Shown one piece after another: positions 30,055 to 40,344 of a stretch of DNA of 64,000 nucleotides. Positions within the stretch are counted from its first letter, which is position 1. Every line of letters begins with the position of its first letter. Under the pieces are notes generated by a model, which saw only the letters and a program-made list of their open reading frames with translations, made no database searches and was not told the DNA's origin. The stretch comes from Candidatus Peregrinibacteria bacterium (lineage in GTDB: Bacteria; Patescibacteriota; Gracilibacteria; UBA1369). A program made the position numbers and the translations under genes. The DNA is taken from assembly GCA_963708185.1 (NCBI GenBank), contig OY970195.1, forward strand, positions 448,001 through 512,000. Direction: 5' to 3'.

Positions 30055-31414
30055 GCCTGTTTTTATAAATCAGGCGTATTCCGGTTCCGTTGAATCCGTA
30101 TTTTTTGCGTATTTCATTTTCGAGATAACGCCGGTAGGAAAAATGTAAAGCTTTCTCGTCATTCACCCAAAAGGTAAAGGTTGGAGGGTTGATCCCGGTC
30201 TGTTCCAGCGAATAAATTTTTGGGGTTGTCAGCGTGACCTTCGGGGGGATGTGTTTATAAGTAATTTCCTTCATGAACCCGTCGAGCTCTTCATTGCCGA
30301 TCTGTTTGAACCTTTCAAGGTAGATTTCACGGGCCAGCTCCATGATTTTTTCAATGTTTTTTCTTTTGAGCGCACTGACAAAAAGCACGGGAACCCATGG
30401 GAGAAAATCAAAACGATGGCGCAGAATTCTTATGAAACGGTTACGGTCGCTTTCGGTGTTTTTCATAAGATCGCATTTATTCACCACGAGCATCAGGCCC
30501 TTTTTGGAGTCCTGGGCGTATGACGAGATGTTAAGGTCCTGTTTGCGGATTCCTCTTTCGTAATCAAGGATTAGGCAGACCACGTCGCTGCGTTCAAGAG
30601 CTTCCAGCGAACGCAGGGCGCTGAGTTTTTCGAGTCCGGGTTCGATTTTGCCGCGACGCCGTAGCCCCGCGGTATCGATAAGGTTGAATTTCTGATCTTT
30701 GTAGATCACTCCGGTGTCGGTCGCGTCGCGGGTTGTCCCCGGAATGTCGGACACGATAAGTTTTTTTTCTCCGAGAATGGCATTCACGAGTGAGGATTTT
30801 CCCGCGTTCGGTCGTCCCAGAAAACAGATGCCGATCTCGTTCTCCTTGCTTTCGGCACGTTCTTTCTGTTTTTTCCAGCCTTCCTTTTTCAATTTGTAAG
30901 TGAGCGTTTCTCTAAGTTCCTCTACACCGGTTTTATGGATAGCGGAAACGGCGAGTGGTTCTCCGAAGCCGAGTTTTTCAAGTTCTTCGAGATTTCCCTT
31001 GAGGCCCTCATGATCGAACTTGTTGGCTACGAAGATGATGTTTTTCCCGGATTTCCGAAGGAGGGTGGCCGCTTCGTAGTCGTTTGAAGTCAGCTCTTCG
31101 CTGACGTCGACGACAAAAATTATCAGATCGGCTTCGTTGACGGCGATGCGGGCCTGGCTCTGGATATCCGCTTCGATGTTTTCCTTTTTCCCGTATTCAA
31201 GGCCGCCGGTATCCACGACGATGGCAGGGATTCCGTCGGCGTTGATCTGATAGTAAATGCGGTCGCGGGTGGTGCCGGCCTGTTGATGGGTCACTGCAAG
31301 ACGTTTGCGAATAATCCTGTTGAAAATACTGGATTTTCCAACGTTGGGGCGCCCGACGATTGCGATGATCGGGACGGTATGGGTCGGGTTTTGTGGGCTT
31401 TTTTTCGTGCTCAT
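30038..31414 (-). CDS. der: Ribosome biogenesis GTPase Der
   Basis: Two G domains (GRPNVGKS, GRPNAGKS), DTGG/DTAG, YRRYLEN. Confidence 0.97.
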   Translation of the reverse strand: MSTKKSPQNPTHTVPIIAIVGRPNVGKSSIFNRIIRKRLAVTHQQAGTTRDRIYYQINADGIPAIVVDTGGLEYGKKENIEADIQSQARIAVNEADLIIFVVDVSEELTSNDYEAATLLRKSGKNIIFVANKFDHEGLKGNLEELEKLGFGEPLAVSAIHKTGVEELRETLTYKLKKEGWKKQKERAESKENEIGICFLGRPNAGKSSLVNAILGEKKLIVSDIPGTTRDATDTGVIYKDQKFNLIDTAGLRRRGKIEPGLEKLSALRSLEALERSDVVCLILDYERGIRKQDLNISSYAQDSKKGLMLVVNKCDLMKNTESDRNRFIRILRHRFDFLPWVPVLFVSALKRKNIEKIMELAREIYLERFKQIGNEELDGFMKEITYKHIPPKVTLTTPKIYSLEQTGINPPTFTFWVNDEKALHFSYRRYLENEIRKKYGFNGTGIRLIYKNRLRMKR

Positions 31415-31458
31415 ACTGCCGTATAGTATAGTTAAAGCTTGTTTCTTCCACAATATTC

Positions 31459-32127
31459 ATGGGATTCGAGGTCCAGAGAGTACATCAACTGTTCCAGGAA
31501 ATAAAGCGGGTTTGCGCCAATGTTCAGAGAAATTCTGAGGATATCACCGTTCTTGCCGCATTAAAATACGCTACCCTTGAACAGGCGAACACGCTGATTT
31601 CAGCAGGGATCAGAGTTGTCGGAGAAAATCGTATTCAGGAAGGACAAAAAAGGTTTCCCAATCTGCTTCCGTGCGAGAGACATTTCATCGGTTCTTTACA
31701 AACGAATAAAGTGAAAAATGCTGTGAAGCTTTTTCAGATGATCGAGTCCGTGGATCGATACGAACTGGCGCTCGCTTTGGAAAAAGAGTGCGATAAGCTG
31801 AATAAGAAAATGCCCGTGCTCCTTGAAGTTAACGTGGCGAAGGACCCAAAAAAACACGGCATCGGTCCCAAGGAAACTTTTCAATTCATCAAAGAGATTT
31901 CCGGATTTTGGCATCTGCAAATCCTCGGCCTGATGACGGTCGTCCCCTATTTTGAAAATCCGGAAGAGTCCCGACCCTATTTTCGCATGATGAAAGGGCT
32001 TTTTGAACTTTGCAGAAGGCAGTTCAAGGGTTTTGAGGTCCTTTCCATGGGGATGAGTCATGATTTCAAGATCGCCATCGAGGAAGGTTCAACCGAAGTG
32101 AGGATCGGCAGGTACTTTTTCGAGTGA
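31459..32127 (+). CDS. yggS: PLP homeostasis protein YggS
   Basis: GENRIQE, HFIGSLQTNK, LSMGMSHDF, GSTEVRIGR. Confidence 0.95.
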   Translation: MGFEVQRVHQLFQEIKRVCANVQRNSEDITVLAALKYATLEQANTLISAGIRVVGENRIQEGQKRFPNLLPCERHFIGSLQTNKVKNAVKLFQMIESVDRYELALALEKECDKLNKKMPVLLEVNVAKDPKKHGIGPKETFQFIKEISGFWHLQILGLMTVVPYFENPEESRPYFRMMKGLFELCRRQFKGFEVLSMGMSHDFKIAIEEGSTEVRIGRYFFE

Positions 32128-32194
32128 TGGTGTGCGCATTAGCTTTGAGATTGTGCCTGTTTCTGTTATGATACAGGTAAATTTATTTTTAAGA

Positions 32195-32665
32195 ATGAAA
32201 AAGTTTTTCCAGCGTTCGGCGGCTGCCATCCTTCTTTTCTTCGGTTTTATCGTGGGTTTTCTTCCGCCAATGGCGGTACAGGCGCAGCAGTTTTCTTTGT
32301 TGCCGCAAGCAGCTCCTGGGACGGATTGTAAGAGCACCATTGATAGTTTTGAAGCTACGCCGGATCAGGCTTCTTACATCAAAGGTGATCGTGACAACAT
32401 TCTTGGCTGCGGGATCCAGACCGGACGTATTTCGCTGTTCATGGTCCCTTATTACATTTCCTATATCATCAATTTCCTCCTGGCGTTGTCGGGGCTCATC
32501 AGTGTTCTCTTCATCGTCATCGGTGGATACCGTTATGTTGTCGGCGGATTGATCGACGAGAAGGAAAAAGGCAAGAATGCCATCAAAAATGCTCTTATGG
32601 GCATGGGTTTGGCCCTGCTGGCCTGGACAATTGTTACCGTTATCATGAGTGCCGTTACCGGCTAA
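32195..32665 (+). CDS. CPR-type pilin (VirB2/TrbC-like)
   Basis: Signal peptide, two Cys, then IVIGGYRY...KGKNAIKNALMG..LALLAW..V. Confidence 0.8.
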   Translation: MKKFFQRSAAAILLFFGFIVGFLPPMAVQAQQFSLLPQAAPGTDCKSTIDSFEATPDQASYIKGDRDNILGCGIQTGRISLFMVPYYISYIINFLLALSGLISVLFIVIGGYRYVVGGLIDEKEKGKNAIKNALMGMGLALLAWTIVTVIMSAVTG

Positions 32666-32669
32666 ATCT

Positions 32670-33857
32670 ATGAAAAAGAAAAATCCACTCCAGAAAATTT
32701 TGAAAGGTACGCAGAAAAGTCTTGCCGATTTTCAAAGTAAAATCAGTCACCTGAAACAGCACCACGAACATAAAATGGAGAAGAAGGTTGCACCTCCGCC
32801 TCCTGCGACCAAGGAGCTCAATAAAGTCGTGTTGGAAGTTTCGGCAGGCACGATCGCGAAATCAACGGCAGTGGTGCTTTTATTGCTTCTGCTTCTGTAT
32901 TTTCTCTACCAGATCAGCGGCATTTTGGTCCTGTTATTCGTTTCTTTCCTGTTAGCCGCCGCCCTTGATCCGATTGTGGATTTTTTACAAAAACGCAAGA
33001 TCCCACGTAGCCTCGGCGTGCTCATCATCTATGTCGTCATTTTTTATGTTCTGGGCGTTTCTTTGTCGAGTCTCGTCCCCCTTATCGCGAAACAGGTTGT
33101 TGATATCGGTAAAGCTGTCGCTGAGTTCGTCCAAAACCTGACTTCCAACACGACACAGATGTCCCCCCTGGCGAAACAGTTTAAGCCTTTGTTTGACCAG
33201 CTCTATCAGGCGATAGACATCAAAACCGCCGCTGAACAGATCCAGTCGGCGCTCCAGGTCGTCGCGGCACAGCTGCTGAACATCTCCTTCGGATTGATGA
33301 ACCTTGTCCTGGTCCTCGTTCTGACTTTTTTCATGACCGTGGAAGAACGTGCGCTCCATGATTTCTTTTTGTCTCTTTTCCCATCCAGATATGGCAATTA
33401 TATTTCGACGAGAATGGAAGCCGTCAAAGAGAAGATAGGTCATTGGCTGCGCGGCCAGCTCCTGCTTTCTTTGGTTGCAGGTGTCCTGACCTATGTCGGG
33501 CTGCTCGTGCTTAACGTGGATTACGCACTCACGCTCGCCGTCATCGCCGGTATTTTGATGGTTATTCCGGTGATGGGTCGTGTTTTTGCCTGGCTTTTTA
33601 CCCTTCCGGTCGTCTTGAACCAGTCTCCCCTGCTTGCGTTGTGGGTTACGATCTACTATTTCATTCTCATGCAGGTTGAAAACAACGTCCTCGTGCCTTA
33701 CATCATGAACAAGGTTGTCGGACTCAGCCCGATCATCGTCATTTTCGCGATGCTTGTCGGATCACAATATTTGGGGATTCTCGGCCTGGTCATTTCGATA
33801 CCCATCGCAACGTCGGTGGCGATTTTCGTGAAGGACTACATGGAGAAATCGAAGTAA
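32670..33857 (+). CDS. AI-2E family transporter
   Basis: LAAALDPIV, WLRGQ, QVENNVLVPYIM, GILGLVISIP. Confidence 0.92.
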   Translation: MKKKNPLQKILKGTQKSLADFQSKISHLKQHHEHKMEKKVAPPPPATKELNKVVLEVSAGTIAKSTAVVLLLLLLLYFLYQISGILVLLFVSFLLAAALDPIVDFLQKRKIPRSLGVLIIYVVIFYVLGVSLSSLVPLIAKQVVDIGKAVAEFVQNLTSNTTQMSPLAKQFKPLFDQLYQAIDIKTAAEQIQSALQVVAAQLLNISFGLMNLVLVLVLTFFMTVEERALHDFFLSLFPSRYGNYISTRMEAVKEKIGHWLRGQLLLSLVAGVLTYVGLLVLNVDYALTLAVIAGILMVIPVMGRVFAWLFTLPVVLNQSPLLALWVTIYYFILMQVENNVLVPYIMNKVVGLSPIIVIFAMLVGSQYLGILGLVISIPIATSVAIFVKDYMEKSK

Positions 33858-33865
33858 AAAACACT

Positions 33866-35050
33866 TCAGGCTTTCATGACGGATTCGAACACCTCAAGCG
33901 TCTCTGAAGCGCACTTTTTCCAGCTGAATTTTTTGAGCTGGTGTTCCATGTTTTGGATCAGCCTGGTTCGAACTTCAGGTTTTTTTATACGTTCAAAAGC
34001 AGAGGCAATTTCCTCAGGAGATTCCGGGTCTACCAGCAAAGCTGCGTCTCCTGCTATTTCGGGCATGGAACTCACATTTGAGGTTATGACCGGCGTTCCG
34101 CATTTCATGGCTTCCAGAATGGGCAGTCCGAAGCCTTCGAAGAAGGACGGGTACAGGAAGGCATCTGCGTGCTTCATGACCGACGCTTTGTCTTCCTCGT
34201 CGATGAATCCCGTGAATACGATGTCGTCATGGTTTTCATGCAAGACTTTCGAGAAAATTTTTGGGTTCTTCGATCCGGCGATGACAAGTCTGGTCGTATC
34301 GCCGTGGTTGTTTTTTTTAAAGATGATGAACGAACGCACGAGATTTTTGATGTTTTTTCGCGGTTCTATCGTGGAAAGGAACAAAAAATAGTTTTCCGGT
34401 AAACCGTATCTTCTTCTGATATGTCGAAAATTATTTTCCACATCGTTTGTACCGAAATTGTCATCGACGGCTTCGTGAATGACGGTTATTTTTTCGGCAT
34501 CGGTTTTGTAGGTGTTTTCGAGATCCTTTTTTGTCGCATCTGAAACCGCAATAATACGGTCACTGGTCGAAATTTCTCTTTTCGGCTTCATAAGTTTGTA
34601 CCAGAGCCTCGTTTTCCATGAGAAAAACTGTTTGTAGTGCTCAAAGGACAGGTCATGAACGACCGTTATCTTTTTTACTATCTTACTCAGTGCACTGGGG
34701 CGCAGGTCGGGCATGAAAAATATATCCAGACGATCTGTTTTCATCGTTGAAGGCTTTTGGGATGGATTTTTGCGGAAGTATTTCGTGATGAGTTTGTCGA
34801 GCCTTGGGCGGTGGAACAACCAAAGCTCCATATTGAGGATTTTGTTGGGGATTTTTGTTTGGATGAGAGAGACGTTTTCTGCTTCAAAATTCGGAATGAT
34901 CGGACGGACATCTTTTGCCGCATTCGCATAAAGAATATAGGTGTTTTTTTTGTCCTTTTTGAAAAGCTCTCGAAGAAGGTGGAGTAGGTAGATTTCGATA
35001 CCGCTGAGTTTTCCTTCCATCAACGGGCGAACATCAATGACAATATTCAT
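33866..35050 (-). CDS. GT4 glycosyltransferase
   Basis: VHDL, EPRKN, EGFGLPILEAM. Confidence 0.92.
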   Translation of the reverse strand: MNIVIDVRPLMEGKLSGIEIYLLHLLRELFKKDKKNTYILYANAAKDVRPIIPNFEAENVSLIQTKIPNKILNMELWLFHRPRLDKLITKYFRKNPSQKPSTMKTDRLDIFFMPDLRPSALSKIVKKITVVHDLSFEHYKQFFSWKTRLWYKLMKPKREISTSDRIIAVSDATKKDLENTYKTDAEKITVIHEAVDDNFGTNDVENNFRHIRRRYGLPENYFLFLSTIEPRKNIKNLVRSFIIFKKNNHGDTTRLVIAGSKNPKIFSKVLHENHDDIVFTGFIDEEDKASVMKHADAFLYPSFFEGFGLPILEAMKCGTPVITSNVSSMPEIAGDAALLVDPESPEEIASAFERIKKPEVRTRLIQNMEHQLKKFSWKKCASETLEVFESVMKA

Positions 35051-35979
35051 GTTTCCACGATAACGAGATCAAATGAGGCTGATAAAAGCGTTTGAATTTT
35101 TTCCAGATCGTCGACCGCGGTTTTTCCGAGTCTGCAAATGACGACGTGGTGATCCTTGTCGTTGATTTTCAGGCTGTCCTTAGGAAAATCAACCAGGTGA
35201 AAAGTTTTACTTTTCATCATCTTTTCCAGTTTTCCGGTGAGATGGGTTAACCCGGGTCCGGCGGTGATGAGTTGAACGCTTTTACCGGGTATTTTGTGCA
35301 GATAGGCCACGAGAAAACTGAGCGACCGGTCTTTTGGTCGAAGATTTTTCAGAGTTTCGATGGCATTTTTTTTGAGGATTTCTGACGCCTGCTGGGGTGA
35401 GGATATTTTACGAAAAAGATACTCATATCCGTAGAGCGCGAACGAAGCCAGGACCAGACCGGCGAGGACGCCAATAATTCCGAAAAGAAGAAGTGACAAC
35501 GGTTTTTCTTTGGTGCTTGCTTCGAGAACGGCGGTCTGGAAATGATCGTTCGTCATCAAATCGTATGACGATATTTCGTTGTTCAGCTGATCTTTGATGA
35601 CCGCACCGATTTTATCGGCCTCAGACTTTGTGGACGTTGAATAGGTCACAACTACGTTGGTTTTTTCCTGTTTACGGGCGCTTATATCCGTTATCGATGC
35701 AGCGGAAGCATTTATTCGATCAATAAACTGGGGATTTTTAAACCATCCCATGACGGTTTCGCTGAACTGGTCCGCTGCCTGAACGCTTTCGTAAATTCCT
35801 GACTGAGCGTTTTCCAAAGGTTGCTGGCTGCTTCCTATACTCAGGAAAACCGTGGTTTCAAACGGTTTATTGTTTTTCCATTGAACAAGAACGATTGCGC
35901 TCAGCGTGACCACGGCGGTGATGACAAGGCATGGTGCCCAGCGTCGTCTGACAAGAGCGAGATAATCTAGAAAATTCAT
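35047..35979 (-). CDS. Wzz/YveK-like chain-length determinant
   Basis: MNFLDYLALVRRRW plus TM, periplasmic domain, second TM (GVLAGLVL). Confidence 0.7.
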   Translation of the reverse strand: MNFLDYLALVRRRWAPCLVITAVVTLSAIVLVQWKNNKPFETTVFLSIGSSQQPLENAQSGIYESVQAADQFSETVMGWFKNPQFIDRINASAASITDISARKQEKTNVVVTYSTSTKSEADKIGAVIKDQLNNEISSYDLMTNDHFQTAVLEASTKEKPLSLLLFGIIGVLAGLVLASFALYGYEYLFRKISSPQQASEILKKNAIETLKNLRPKDRSLSFLVAYLHKIPGKSVQLITAGPGLTHLTGKLEKMMKSKTFHLVDFPKDSLKINDKDHHVVICRLGKTAVDDLEKIQTLLSASFDLVIVET

Positions 35980-35993
35980 AGTTGTTGTAAAAA

Positions 35994-37118
35994 TTATTTC
36001 ATTCCCATTTCTTTTTGCCAGGTTTCCCATTTTTTCTCAAGAAAATCAAGGATTTTTGCGTTAAAAACCCGACGGTCGAACTTTTCGGCGTGATCGCGGA
36101 TGGATTCGTGCCTGAATTTCAGAGTTTCGAATTTTTCGACGGCTCCCCGGAGCGAAAGAGGGTTTTGTTCGTCAAAATATATTCCGGTTTTTTTGTCGAC
36201 GACCGTTTCAAGCGCTCCGCCTTTATTATAGGCGATAACAGGACAACCAGAAGCCATCGCTTCGAGAGGCGTGATGCCAAAATCTTCAACCTGGGGAAAA
36301 ATCAACGCACGTGCGTCCGAATAGAGTTCCCGGAGTGTCTCGTCATCAACCCGTCCCATGAATTGGATGTTCGGCCCGGCGGTTTGAGCGAGTTTTTTAT
36401 AAGCGATTCCGGTTCCGACAATCTTCAGGGGGAGACCGAGCTTATTAAAGGCATCGATAATAAGGTCGAATTTTTTATAAGGAGTCAGTCTTCCCACGGC
36501 GAGATAGAAGTTCTGCCGTCTGGTTTTTACCTTATAGCCCTGTGTGTCGACGAAAGGATAGATCACGCTCGACGTTCTACGGTAGTATTTGAATATTCTA
36601 TTCTGAACATGTTGGGAATTGGCAATGAAGTAGTCTACCCTGTCCGCGCTCAGGCGGTCCCACATCCTGATGTTATGCATAAAAAGGGGCGCAAGTTTTT
36701 TTATGAGCGGATGGATTTCGTATTCTCGAATGTAAGCAAGGCTGTTTTCCCAGGCGTAACGCATCGGTGAATGGCAGTAACAAACGTGGAGTGTCTCAGG
36801 TTTTGTGATGATCCCTTTGGCGCACGAGTGAGAACTTGAAATGACAATATCGTAAGCGTTGAGATCAAACCTTTCGAAAACCGAAGGCATCAGGCCAAGG
36901 TACATCTGATGTTTGGTTTTTGCCCAGGGCATATGCTGCAGGTAAGAGGTGTGGATGACAGCATGTTCAAACCCCTCCATTTTTTCAGGATTGTAGATCG
37001 AGGTGTAGATCGGCGCTTTCGGAAAAAGCTGATGAAGCGCCAAAATCACTTTTTCCGCACCGCCCATGTTGGTGAGCCAGTCACAGACTATCGCGATTTT
37101 GAGATGTTTCAGCGACAT
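35994..37118 (-). CDS. GT4 glycosyltransferase
   Basis: DWLTNMGGAE, YCHSPMRYAW, EDFGITPLEAM. Confidence 0.92.
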   Translation of the reverse strand: MSLKHLKIAIVCDWLTNMGGAEKVILALHQLFPKAPIYTSIYNPEKMEGFEHAVIHTSYLQHMPWAKTKHQMYLGLMPSVFERFDLNAYDIVISSSHSCAKGIITKPETLHVCYCHSPMRYAWENSLAYIREYEIHPLIKKLAPLFMHNIRMWDRLSADRVDYFIANSQHVQNRIFKYYRRTSSVIYPFVDTQGYKVKTRRQNFYLAVGRLTPYKKFDLIIDAFNKLGLPLKIVGTGIAYKKLAQTAGPNIQFMGRVDDETLRELYSDARALIFPQVEDFGITPLEAMASGCPVIAYNKGGALETVVDKKTGIYFDEQNPLSLRGAVEKFETLKFRHESIRDHAEKFDRRVFNAKILDFLEKKWETWQKEMGMK

Positions 37119-37186
37119 GAAAAAATTAGCATTTTGATATGCTCACATGATAGGGATTTTTCTTTCTGCCGTAAAGGGAAGCTGGG

Positions 37187-38338
37187 TTACGGTTCGTCGG
37201 GGTGCAACGTGATCGAGGTATTTTGATCCGCTGCTTTTTTACCATGCACTTTATTCTTTTCCTTTACCAGTTTGGCGATGCTTTCATTGGTTTCTTTTTC
37301 GGGAAAAAGTTTTTTGAGAATTTTTACGTAGATATTTTTTTGATCCATCTTGTCGACAGCCTGTGCCTTAAAGAGCTGGATGATTTTGTTGTCAGGATCA
37401 CGCTGAAGAAGACGTTCACAGATGTGAAGGACGTCAACGTAGCGTTTGTCCTTGAACCACATTCCTACAAGTTCTATCACGACCTCTTCGTCGGTTTTTG
37501 CCATCGTTGAAGCGCGCTGTTCGTCGATGTCCGTGACCATAATGAGATGGCCGGCTCTCCTTTTAAGGAGATGTCTGAGTACGAGATAACCAATGACTAC
37601 AAAGGGAACGACAACCAGAATTTCGTTGAATTGAAGGAGGAAGTCGAACGTAGCATGGAGAGTCATGGCGATAAAGAGACCTTTGAGGATCATCTGTTCC
37701 TTGAAAGCCTGGCTTCTGGGCATGCCGGTTATTTTGCTCAGGAAGTTCGTAAGATAAAGTTTTTTACCGATCCACCGGGATTCTTCTCGGATATTGAGCG
37801 AGAATTTCCCGATTCCGTAGTAGTAACCGAAGAAACCCGAGAAAATGAGATGGGCGCAGGTCGTAAAGATGGAGCGGAAAGTGTAGGCGATGAAGAGCTG
37901 CTGAAACCCGAGGTTTGTCCATATGCTGTAAATGTAGAAGATATTTTCGGCGAAAGAAAATCCCAAGGCGGAGACCAGGCTGAACTGAATGGAGTCATTG
38001 ATCGTTTCGATCAAGAGGAAGTGTCGGTCTGCAAATCTTATAAAGGACTGTTTGACGATCTCTTCCGTAATGCCGACGGCGATAAAAAGGATCAGGAATC
38101 CTGTGTTTTGATCGTTTATCTTTGCCTGAAGAAAGTTAACGATATCAAACTGGGGGAAAAGGTTGAGGAAATACTGGAGGGCAAAGATGAGGCCTACTGA
38201 AAAAATTCCTCCAAGGAATATGAGTATTTGCAGTCCCTTTTTTTTGGTTTTTTTAAAAAGAAAGCTTAACCAAATAAGCGCTGGTATGAATGCCAGTAAA
38301 GCAGAGAGAGCGTAGTACGTCAGCGTTCCTCCTGGCAT
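37187..38338 (-). CDS. prsW: PrsW-family intramembrane protease with C-terminal TPR-like extension
   Basis: EEIVK, GFSFAEN, AHLIFSG, LHATFD motifs. Confidence 0.88.
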   Translation of the reverse strand: MPGGTLTYYALSALLAFIPALIWLSFLFKKTKKKGLQILIFLGGIFSVGLIFALQYFLNLFPQFDIVNFLQAKINDQNTGFLILFIAVGITEEIVKQSFIRFADRHFLLIETINDSIQFSLVSALGFSFAENIFYIYSIWTNLGFQQLFIAYTFRSIFTTCAHLIFSGFFGYYYGIGKFSLNIREESRWIGKKLYLTNFLSKITGMPRSQAFKEQMILKGLFIAMTLHATFDFLLQFNEILVVVPFVVIGYLVLRHLLKRRAGHLIMVTDIDEQRASTMAKTDEEVVIELVGMWFKDKRYVDVLHICERLLQRDPDNKIIQLFKAQAVDKMDQKNIYVKILKKLFPEKETNESIAKLVKEKNKVHGKKAADQNTSITLHPDEP

Positions 38339-38356
38339 CGGCAAGTTCAAAATGGA

Positions 38357-38785
38357 TTAAGCAGCGGGGGGGGTGGAAGTTGGGGTCGGTGCAGGTGCTG
38401 CTCCAGGGGCATCCTGTCGCAGCAAAGCGAACTTGGCTTCGTCGAGGGTGTTATAGCAGTTGATGAGCTGGGTCAAACCAACAACCTGAAGAATATCGAG
38501 GATGTTACTTCGGGCCTTGGCAATGACGATTTTTCCGTGGCCTTCTGTGACTTTTCCGTACCAATCGGTCAGGTATCCGATGGATTTGCTGTTCATGTAT
38601 TCCAGTTCTTCGAAATCCATCAGCAAATAAAGATTCTGCGGATTCTGTTCGATCAGGGCGTAGATAATTTTGGCTTTTTCGTCGACATTGCTTTCGTCAA
38701 GCTGCCCCTGGAATTTTACGATTTTCGCTACCTGTCCCTGTGTTGTGGCAGGAATATCTTCGATGGTTATGTTTACTTGAGTCAT
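38357..38785 (-). CDS. STAS anti-sigma-factor antagonist, copy B
   Basis: GQLDESN, YMNSKSIGYLTDWYGK; close paralog of 26239-26679. Confidence 0.9.
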   Translation of the reverse strand: MTQVNITIEDIPATTQGQVAKIVKFQGQLDESNVDEKAKIIYALIEQNPQNLYLLMDFEELEYMNSKSIGYLTDWYGKVTEGHGKIVIAKARSNILDILQVVGLTQLINCYNTLDEAKFALLRQDAPGAAPAPTPTSTPPAA

Positions 38786-38814
38786 AGCAGGAAATTTAAT
38801 TATTTATTTTTAAT

Positions 38815-39345
38815 TTAGTTTAACACAAGATGAGTCGGACTTTCTAGATATTGTGTCATTTCTTTAAGTTTCGGGTCATTGAGGAATTTTTTGATTCTTA
38901 CCTCGATGCCGCCTTCGGGAATGTCTTTGAATTCCAGTTCATCCGTCCATTCGGCAACGATCTTGGAAAGACCTCTTCCTCTGATACCAGTATGAACGTA
39001 GTTGGGGTTACGGCGTTCATCAATGATTTTTTTCAGTTCGTCGGCTTTCATTTTGTTTTTGCCGGTTCCGGTATCCCTGACGTAAATTTCAATGCTGTCA
39101 TGGGGATAGCTTATGAACGTAATGGTTATGTCCTGTCCAGGCGCGGATCCGTGCTCGATGGCGTTGTTGCAAAGCTCGTCAACGATTGACTGGAAACGGA
39201 ACGCCCACTGTTCGGAAAATTCCGTCATGTTGCGGATCAATCCAAGCGTAAAGTTACGGATTCCCGACATAAAATACGCGTTGGTCGGTAATGTAATCGT
39301 AATTTTTACCGGTTTGGTTTCCAGTGATTGTGGGTTGTTTTCCAT
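38815..39345 (-). CDS. RsbW/SpoIIAB-like anti-sigma factor Ser kinase
   Basis: GHKL boxes DELCNNAIEHG, DTGTG, GRGL. Confidence 0.88.
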   Translation of the reverse strand: MENNPQSLETKPVKITITLPTNAYFMSGIRNFTLGLIRNMTEFSEQWAFRFQSIVDELCNNAIEHGSAPGQDITITFISYPHDSIEIYVRDTGTGKNKMKADELKKIIDERRNPNYVHTGIRGRGLSKIVAEWTDELEFKDIPEGGIEVRIKKFLNDPKLKEMTQYLESPTHLVLN

Positions 39346-39607
39346 AATGTCCAACACAAATTTATCTGAATATTGTATCAATTTTTCCTTAATTTGTCAA
39401 AACAGGGTCCTTTTTTACGGTTTTCTTCTCTTTCATTGATTTTAAGCTAAAATTCCTTGCATTCCAAATGCTTTTCCATTAAAGTTGGCCTGTTATTTTT
39501 ATTTATATTTGTCTTTTGATTGCGTCATCCTGTCGTAATTCTTGAAGGACTAACAAGGGCTATGAACTAAGCGCAAGATGATAAAGGCAAATTAACCCCA
39601 AGGATTT

Positions 39608-40318
39608 ATGGCTCAAACTACGTCCAAAGTCGATACCAAGGTCGACGTTAAAGAAATGCTTGAAGCTGCTGTGCACTTCGGGCATAAAACCCAGAAATGG
39701 AATCCAAAAATGAAGAAATTCATTTTTACGTCAAAGAACGGGATCCATATTTTTGACTTGGAAAAAACGAAGGTTTGCCTCGAAAAGGCACTTGATTTCA
39801 TTTCCAAGACAGCTTCCAGCGGTAAGAAGATACTTTTTGTAAGTACCAAGCCTCAATCCGCACATCTTGTTATAGAGGCGGCAGAAGCCTGCAACATGCC
39901 TTACGTTATTCATAAATGGATGGGTGGGCTCTTGACGAATTTCAATACCATCAAGCAACGTATCAGATACCTTAAGAACCTCAAGGATCAGGAAAAAGCG
40001 GGCGATTTTGAGAAATATACGAAGAAAGAAGCATCGGAATTGAGAAAAACCATTGAAAAGCTGGAATCTGCTCTCGGTGGCGTACGTGATCTCGATTCCC
40101 TTCCTGACGTTGTGTTCGTCGTGGACGCTTTGAGGGATAGAATTGCCGTAAATGAAGCCAATAAGATGAAAATCCCAGTTGTTGGAATCGTTGACTCGAA
40201 TGCTGATCCAGACGGCGTTGACTATGCTATTCCCGGAAATGACGATGCTGTTAAGTCCCTCAGTTATTTGATTCAAAAGGTGAAATATGGTATATTAGAT
40301 GGGAAAGGTATACGTTAA
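39608..40318 (+). CDS. rpsB: 30S ribosomal protein S2
   Basis: VHFGH, WNPKM, WMGGLLTNF, IPGNDDA. Confidence 0.98.
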   Translation: MAQTTSKVDTKVDVKEMLEAAVHFGHKTQKWNPKMKKFIFTSKNGIHIFDLEKTKVCLEKALDFISKTASSGKKILFVSTKPQSAHLVIEAAEACNMPYVIHKWMGGLLTNFNTIKQRIRYLKNLKDQEKAGDFEKYTKKEASELRKTIEKLESALGGVRDLDSLPDVVFVVDALRDRIAVNEANKMKIPVVGIVDSNADPDGVDYAIPGNDDAVKSLSYLIQKVKYGILDGKGIR

Positions 40319-40344
40319 TCTGTAATATTTAGCTTTACCTCGCA

